From NCBI GenBank assembly GCA_944327845.1, contig CALVHN010000001.1, forward strand, positions 9,149 through 73,148: a stretch of DNA of 64,000 bases, written 5' to 3'. This DNA is from an uncultured Bacilli bacterium. Lineage in GTDB: Bacteria; Bacillota_I; Bacilli_A; RFN20; CAG-826. Position numbers and translations under genes: made by a program. The notes beneath the pieces are model-generated. The model made no database searches. It was not told the origin of the DNA and saw only the letters and a list, made by a program, of their open reading frames with translations. Positions 59,603 to 64,000 of the stretch are shown piece by piece; position 1 is the first letter of the stretch; each line of letters starts with the position of its first letter.

Positions 59603-61190
59603 GTACATAAGGGGGATGCGGATATTTTTTTAGACTAATATTGATTATAATTTAACATAAATTCTTTTGGGGATAAATATCCTAATCGTCTCTTAATTCG
59701 TTTATTTTTAAACCAGATTAAATATTTTTCTAATTCTGTAATAAAATCATCACATGTTGTATATTTCCAATCATTTGGATAAAAGAACTCATTTTTAATT
59801 GTTCCAAAGAATCCTTCACACATTGAATTGTCTGGAGAACATCCCTTTCTAGACATAGATCTTTTATAACCATATTGTTCCATTAGCTTTATCCAAGAAT
59901 CTATTCTATAATGGAAACCTCTATCGCTATGAATTAGTATCCCGCAATCACCAATAATTTCATGAGCTTCCTTTAACATTTTATTAGTTAATTCAGAATT
60001 AGGAGATTTACCAATTCTCCAAGTAATAGGAGAACCATCGAAGCAATCAATAAGAGGGGACAAATAAACTTTACCATCTTTTAATGCGAATTCAGTTATA
60101 TCTGTAAGAGCTTGTTTATATGGTTTATTCACAATAAATTTTCTATTAACTAAGTTTTCAACTTGTGGACTTATTTCACCTTTATAAGAAGAGTACTTGA
60201 GTTTTGATTTTGGCATATAAACAAATAATTTTTCTTCTTTCATTAACCTAATAATCACTTTTTCAGAAATAACAACTCCATACGATTTTGACAACTCTTG
60301 TTTTACTCTTCTATATCCATAACATTCATAATTATTAAAAAATATTTCTTTAATGATTTTCCTTATAATTAAGTATTTATCAAAGTTTAGTCTTTTTATT
60401 TCATAAAAATATGTTGAACGTTTTAAATGAATTATTTTAAGCAACTCATTGATTTTATATTCTTCTTTTAAGGCGTTGATTATTTGAGTTTTTTCTTTAT
60501 TGCTTAATAGAGAATAATCAACGCCTATTTCTTTTTTTAATATTTCGTTTGCTTTTTTTAGAACTTTATTTTCAAGTTCGAGTTTTAAATGTTCTTTTCG
60601 AAGAGCTATTATTTCTCTTTCAAGTTCTTGTTTTGATTTATCTTTCTTTTTCATAATTGGTTCACCAGTTAGTTCTTTTTGCCACTCATATAAAGTAACT
60701 CTAGTAACATTATACTTATTAGCAACAGTAATTGCTGACGAATCTCTTAAAACTAAATCAACAATTGCTTTTTTCATATTTTCATCGTCCAATATCGTTG
60801 GCTTTTTATGAATTTTATGTTTTCTGGTCCATCTTTTATCTTTTTTTACCCATGATTTTAATGATGAAGGGGATGGATAACCAAATTTTCGGCATGCTTT
60901 AGTTATGTTTTCACCATGACTAAAGTAGTATTCTATTACAGACTCTTGTTCCTCTTTACTCCATTTTGATGATTTATTCCTCTTTCTTGAAATTAAGGGT
61001 TCTCCCTTTTTTCTTTTATCTCTCCAAGATCTTAATGTATAGCGATTAATCCCTAATGCTTTTGCGGTTTTAGATAATTGTCCATCATAGGTATCTAACA
61101 AATTTAATGCTTTTTCAATTTCTTCTATTTTGTGCATACTTGTCCTTTCTATTTAGTCCAAGTTTTTGTCTGCACTCCCTTTTGGTTAAA
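59603..61190 (-). mobile_element. IS3-family insertion sequence (about 1.6 kb) with imperfect terminal inverted repeats
   Basis: A single 500-aa transposase gene. Imperfect ~35-bp inverted termini: left '...AAGGGGGATGCGGATATTTTTTTAGACTAATAT' against right reverse complement '...AAGGGAGTGCAGACAAAAACTTGGACTAAATA'. Boundaries are approximate. Confidence 0.55.
59635..61137 (-). CDS. IS3-family transposase, fused OrfAB form
   Basis: Three N-terminal helix-turn-helix units, a leucine zipper ('LELENKVLKKANEILKKE'), then an rve DDE integrase core ('HSDRGFHY', '...CSPDNSMCEGFFGTIKNEFFY'). Confidence 0.75.
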   Translation of the reverse strand: MHKIEEIEKALNLLDTYDGQLSKTAKALGINRYTLRSWRDKRKKGEPLISRKRNKSSKWSKEEQESVIEYYFSHGENITKACRKFGYPSPSSLKSWVKKDKRWTRKHKIHKKPTILDDENMKKAIVDLVLRDSSAITVANKYNVTRVTLYEWQKELTGEPIMKKKDKSKQELEREIIALRKEHLKLELENKVLKKANEILKKEIGVDYSLLSNKEKTQIINALKEEYKINELLKIIHLKRSTYFYEIKRLNFDKYLIIRKIIKEIFFNNYECYGYRRVKQELSKSYGVVISEKVIIRLMKEEKLFVYMPKSKLKYSSYKGEISPQVENLVNRKFIVNKPYKQALTDITEFALKDGKVYLSPLIDCFDGSPITWRIGKSPNSELTNKMLKEAHEIIGDCGILIHSDRGFHYRIDSWIKLMEQYGYKRSMSRKGCSPDNSMCEGFFGTIKNEFFYPNDWKYTTCDDFITELEKYLIWFKNKRIKRRLGYLSPKEFMLNYNQY

Positions 61191-61370
61191 TATAGAATAC
61201 CTCTATCATTCGTTAAGGATAGAAACTATTAATGAAATATATCAAAGAAATTTTGATGAATAGTAGTTTAAATTTAAAAAATATAGAGAAAAAAATAAAA
61301 TAGCTAAACGAAATGGGGTGATATCATAGATTTTAATAAGTTATTAAAGGATTTTTTTGAAAAAGCTAAG

Positions 61371-61880
61371 GTGAATAATATCGACATATATAATGAAATT
61401 TCATTGCAATTGGAATTAGGAATATTTTTGAGAAGTCAAATTAAAGATTATAAAATCCAATTTGAAAGAAATATCTCTTTCTTTGGCATCACAGGCACTA
61501 CAAAACATGAAATTGACATTGTGATTTTTAATAAGGATAAAAAAGAGAAATATGCTATTGAACTGAAATTTCCTAAAAATGGCCAATATCCTGAAGAAAT
61601 GTATTCTTTCATTGAAGATATTGTTTTTATGGAAGAACTTAAACGCGAAGGTTTTACTAAGACATATACTTTAGTGGTTGTGTCTGATCCGTTGTTTTAT
61701 GAAGGCGGAAGGGTAAAAACAGGAATTTATGCATATTTCAGAGATAGTAAATCAATTACTGGGGAAATATCTAAACCTACTGGTAAGGATAAAGGCATTT
61801 CTCTTTTAAAAGTTAAAAACTCATATACTATCAATTGGAAAGATTGCTATTTAGGCAAGTATTACTTTCTTGAAATTTAA
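61371..61880 (+). CDS. hypothetical protein, possibly PD-(D/E)XK-like
   Basis: 169 aa from a GTG start. 'HEIDIVIFNK...YAIELKFPK' resembles a D...(D/E)xK nuclease core. Weak. Confidence 0.3.
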   Translation: MNNIDIYNEISLQLELGIFLRSQIKDYKIQFERNISFFGITGTTKHEIDIVIFNKDKKEKYAIELKFPKNGQYPEEMYSFIEDIVFMEELKREGFTKTYTLVVVSDPLFYEGGRVKTGIYAYFRDSKSITGEISKPTGKDKGISLLKVKNSYTINWKDCYLGKYYFLEI

Positions 61881-61904
61881 TAATTTAATACGAACTTGTT
61901 TCAT

Positions 61905-62210
61905 TTAAAAGTTGCCGTTGTAAGGGTGTGCAATGTATCAAAAGCCGTAGTATGTAGGCATCTTTATACAACATGTCTGATACAAACTTAGTCGATGACT
62001 AGGGGTGTGCAGACTTTTTTCATTTTTAGACATAAATAGCCACTTTTTAAAATTATGCCGTTGTTATAGTGGAAGTCAAATTCACTAAAATTCATCGAAA
62101 AATCATCATTTTTAAGTTTCACTTTTAAACGGCAGGTGTGCACTATTACACGGCAACCCCTTTTTGTACACCCTTGTACACCCCTAAACACGGCAACTGC
62201 ACACCCTATC
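61905..62210. repeat. GC-richer cluster of iteron-like motifs (GGGTGTGCA/GGGTGTAC and GTTGCCGTG) in both orientations
   Basis: Direct copies at 61924, 62003, and 62135. Inverted copies at 62166, 62175, and 62198. GTTGCCGT at 61911 and 62056, and its inverse CACGGCAAC at 62149 and 62189. Confidence 0.5.
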
Positions 62211-62409
62211 TTTATTAATAATATTGATTGACCATCTGGTTCTAATTGAGCTGGGTGGTCTTTTTTATACCTAAAAATATTTTTTGCTTTTTTTAATTTA
62301 TGCGCCCATCAAAATGTTCCTTAAAGCCTATAACGAGATGATTAGGAGTAAAGACCTTCTTATTACTAATCTTATATAAACAGTAAGCAAAGCTCTTGAT
62401 GTATCATCT

Positions 62410-62781
62410 TTGGATAAGCAAATAGAAGCATTATCTAATGAACTCAATGATATGTATAAAGAGTTTGAACTACTCGTTAAGATGAACGCGACCACGCAGC
62501 AAGATCAAACGATTTGGCGAAAAAAGTATGCAGAACTTGAGAATATTTATAAAAACAAAGAAGCAGAACTTAATTCACTTATTACTAAAAAGAACAAAAT
62601 CAAACTAAAAATTAATAAGTTTAATATCTTCATAAAAACACTTAAAAAAGGTGAACTCATCACTGATTTTGATGAAGAGATATTCAATTTCAATCTAGAG
62701 AAAGCAATAGTTCATAAAGATAAATCAATAACATTTAAGTTCTATTCTGGTTATGAAGTAACAATTAAGTCTGAAGGGTAA
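62410..62781 (+). CDS. hypothetical coiled-coil protein (TTG start); possibly the remnant of a longer gene
   Basis: 123 aa. The same frame upstream is open ('FLLFLIYAPIKMFLKAYNEMIRSKDLLITNLI') but interrupted by TAA at 62377. Confidence 0.3.
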   Translation: MDKQIEALSNELNDMYKEFELLVKMNATTQQDQTIWRKKYAELENIYKNKEAELNSLITKKNKIKLKINKFNIFIKTLKKGELITDFDEEIFNFNLEKAIVHKDKSITFKFYSGYEVTIKSEG

Positions 62782-62930
62782 AGCAAAACCATCATATTTT
62801 GTCAAGACTTAATTTCTAAAATTATTGAAATTTAATTTTTTCGTATGTAGAATAAAGTTGCTAGTTAATAATACCTTGCCTCTCTCGAAAGGCTCGGTGG
62901 GGGTAATATTGAATCATATTATATCCTTCT

Positions 62931-62963
62931 AGGATCTAGGTGAAAGAAACTAGATCCGTTTTT
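62931..62963 (+). terminator. rho-independent terminator
   Basis: Stem GGATCTAG / CTAGATCC around a 10-nt loop, followed by GTTTTTT. Confidence 0.5.
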
Positions 62964-62979
62964 TGTTAGGGGGATAAAA

Positions 62980-64000
62980 ATGATTAGAAAGATTGTGTAT
63001 CTATTTGCTTCCGTTTTTTTAACATTTGGTTTTGCATTGACCAGTTGTGATTCTTTAGGTGAAAATAATTCAACTTCTAACAGTGAATCGACTAGTGAAA
63101 CCAATGATGGCAATTCTGCAACTACTCATGAACATACATATAGTAGTTCATATGAATATGATGATACATATCACTGGCATCCATCAACATGTGGCCATAA
63201 TGTTGTAAGTGATAAAGAAAAACATACGTTTAAAGAAGAAGTGACTGACCCAACCTATGAAAATGGCGGTTACACAACTTATACTTGTTCAACATGTGGA
63301 TATTCATACACTGATGATGAAGTAGACGCCTTACCGATTACCATCACTTGGAAAAATTATGATGGGACAGTATTAGAAGTGGATAATAATGTTCCTTATG
63401 GCACGATGCCTAGTTATGATGGTGAAACACCTACTAAAGAAAGTGATAGCAATTATGATTACATTTTTGCTGGTTGGACTCCTAGTGTTGTTATAGCAAC
63501 ACAACCTACAACATACATTGCTACATTTTCTAATCAAGAAATTACTTATACTGTTGATTTTGATTTAAATGGTGGTACTTCAAATTCATATAAAGGTCCA
63601 ATTGAAGTAAAAACACTTAGTAAAGATATGTTTTTCTTTGATTGCGTTAAAGAAGATTGGTCTTTTAGAGGTTGGGAATATAAAGGAGAAAAAATCTTTG
63701 ATGAAAATGGTAATCAACTAAAAAATGTTACTTTAGTTGACAATATGGTTTTTAAAGCTATTTATTCTCAAACTGTAAAATTATCAATTGTTAGTAATAT
63801 TCCTAGAGCAGGGACTATTACTGGTGAAGGAGAGTATCCATATAATACTTATGTCGATGTATCAGTTAAGCCTAATCAAGGTTATGTATTTATAGGTTGG
63901 TATTATCAAAATACTTTGCTTTCAAATACTGAAGATTATAAATATATGATGTGGGATCAAGATGTTACATTAGAAGCAAGATTCCAATTAGATTCATTTA
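62980..64000 (+). CDS. surface lipoprotein with Listeria-Bacteroides (Flg_new-type) repeat units; truncated at the window end
   Basis: The ATG at 62980 follows a GGGGGA ribosome-binding site. Lipobox 'ALTSC'. Repeated modules such as 'YTVDFDLNGGTSNSYKGP...FRGWEYKGEKIFDENGN' and 'IFAGWTPS' are typical of this beta-repeat. The ORF is open to the end of the window. Confidence 0.55.
   Translation, partial: MIRKIVYLFASVFLTFGFALTSCDSLGENNSTSNSESTSETNDGNSATTHEHTYSSSYEYDDTYHWHPSTCGHNVVSDKEKHTFKEEVTDPTYENGGYTTYTCSTCGYSYTDDEVDALPITITWKNYDGTVLEVDNNVPYGTMPSYDGETPTKESDSNYDYIFAGWTPSVVIATQPTTYIATFSNQEITYTVDFDLNGGTSNSYKGPIEVKTLSKDMFFFDCVKEDWSFRGWEYKGEKIFDENGNQLKNVTLVDNMVFKAIYSQTVKLSIVSNIPRAGTITGEGEYPYNTYVDVSVKPNQGYVFIGWYYQNTLLSNTEDYKYMMWDQDVTLEARFQLDSF

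Noticed and set aside
61988-62191. 67-aa minus-strand ORF (MFRGVQGCTKRGCRV...) in the iteron-like region
   Set aside because: The Cys/Gly/Arg-rich translation is a consequence of the GC-rich repeated motifs. It has no ribosome-binding site and is more likely non-coding repeat DNA.
62230-62781. The coiled-coil ORF as the C-terminal remnant of a large serine recombinase
   Set aside because: Only vague resemblance ('...IVHKDKSITFKFYSGYEVTIK' against the recombinase C-terminal DUF). The upstream frames are short and motif-less. This is not supportable without a search.
45100-62963. Direct repeat of the tRNA-Gly 3' end (att site) marking the island's far boundary
   Set aside because: I looked by eye for ...CGTTTGGTGCTCC-like sequence downstream and did not find it. 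The island boundary therefore cannot be fixed from this window alone.
1-64000. Possibility that this is a TGA=Trp (translation table 4) Mollicute
   Set aside because: All long conserved genes (polC 1482 aa, cas9 1442 aa, topA, addA and others) are complete in the ORF track, which treats TGA as a stop. So TGA is not used as a sense codon in these genes. The standard bacterial code (table 11) fits.

Overview
This is a low-GC (about 27%) window from a Firmicutes/Mollicutes-like chromosome that uses the standard genetic code: long housekeeping ORFs have no internal TGA codons. The first ~34 kb is conserved core. It runs rplS-rbgA-rnhB-dprA-topA-trmFO-xerC, then rpsB-tsf-pyrH-frr-cdsA-dxr-rseP-polC, then tRNA-Cys. 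After that come an anaerobe oxygen-detoxification pair (desulfoferrodoxin and a multidomain flavodiiron protein), a MazG-like gene, glpK, and a compact AddAB-like helicase-nuclease with an unknown co-transcribed third gene. Next are a uridine-kinase-like gene and an acyl-CoA-synthetase/membrane-protein pair. A decayed pseudogene region follows. Then comes a surface-protein locus headed by a run of five poly(A) tracts (9-23 nt). It holds three secreted proteins that share an unusual signal-peptide motif, followed by a SipW-type (peptidase S26B) signal peptidase. That peptidase is fused to a long acidic C-terminal region with an internally duplicated domain. Downstream of tRNA-Val and tRNA-Gly lies an accessory island. 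It contains an AbiL-like module (AAA ATPase plus RloB-like protein), a LysR regulator with a frameshift in a homopolymer run, and a small redox operon that includes a lipoprotein flavodoxin. It also contains a decayed BspA-like leucine-rich-repeat surface-protein pseudogene and a complete type II-A CRISPR-Cas system (cas9-cas1-cas2-csn2 plus a 21-repeat array). I located the tracrRNA on the opposite strand just upstream of cas9; its promoter overlaps the cas9 ribosome-binding site. The array's distal end abuts an IS3-family insertion sequence. Beyond that sit a GC-richer cluster of iteron-like repeats and a surface lipoprotein that runs off the window. All functional calls are motif-level readings of the supplied ORF translations; no database searches were run.
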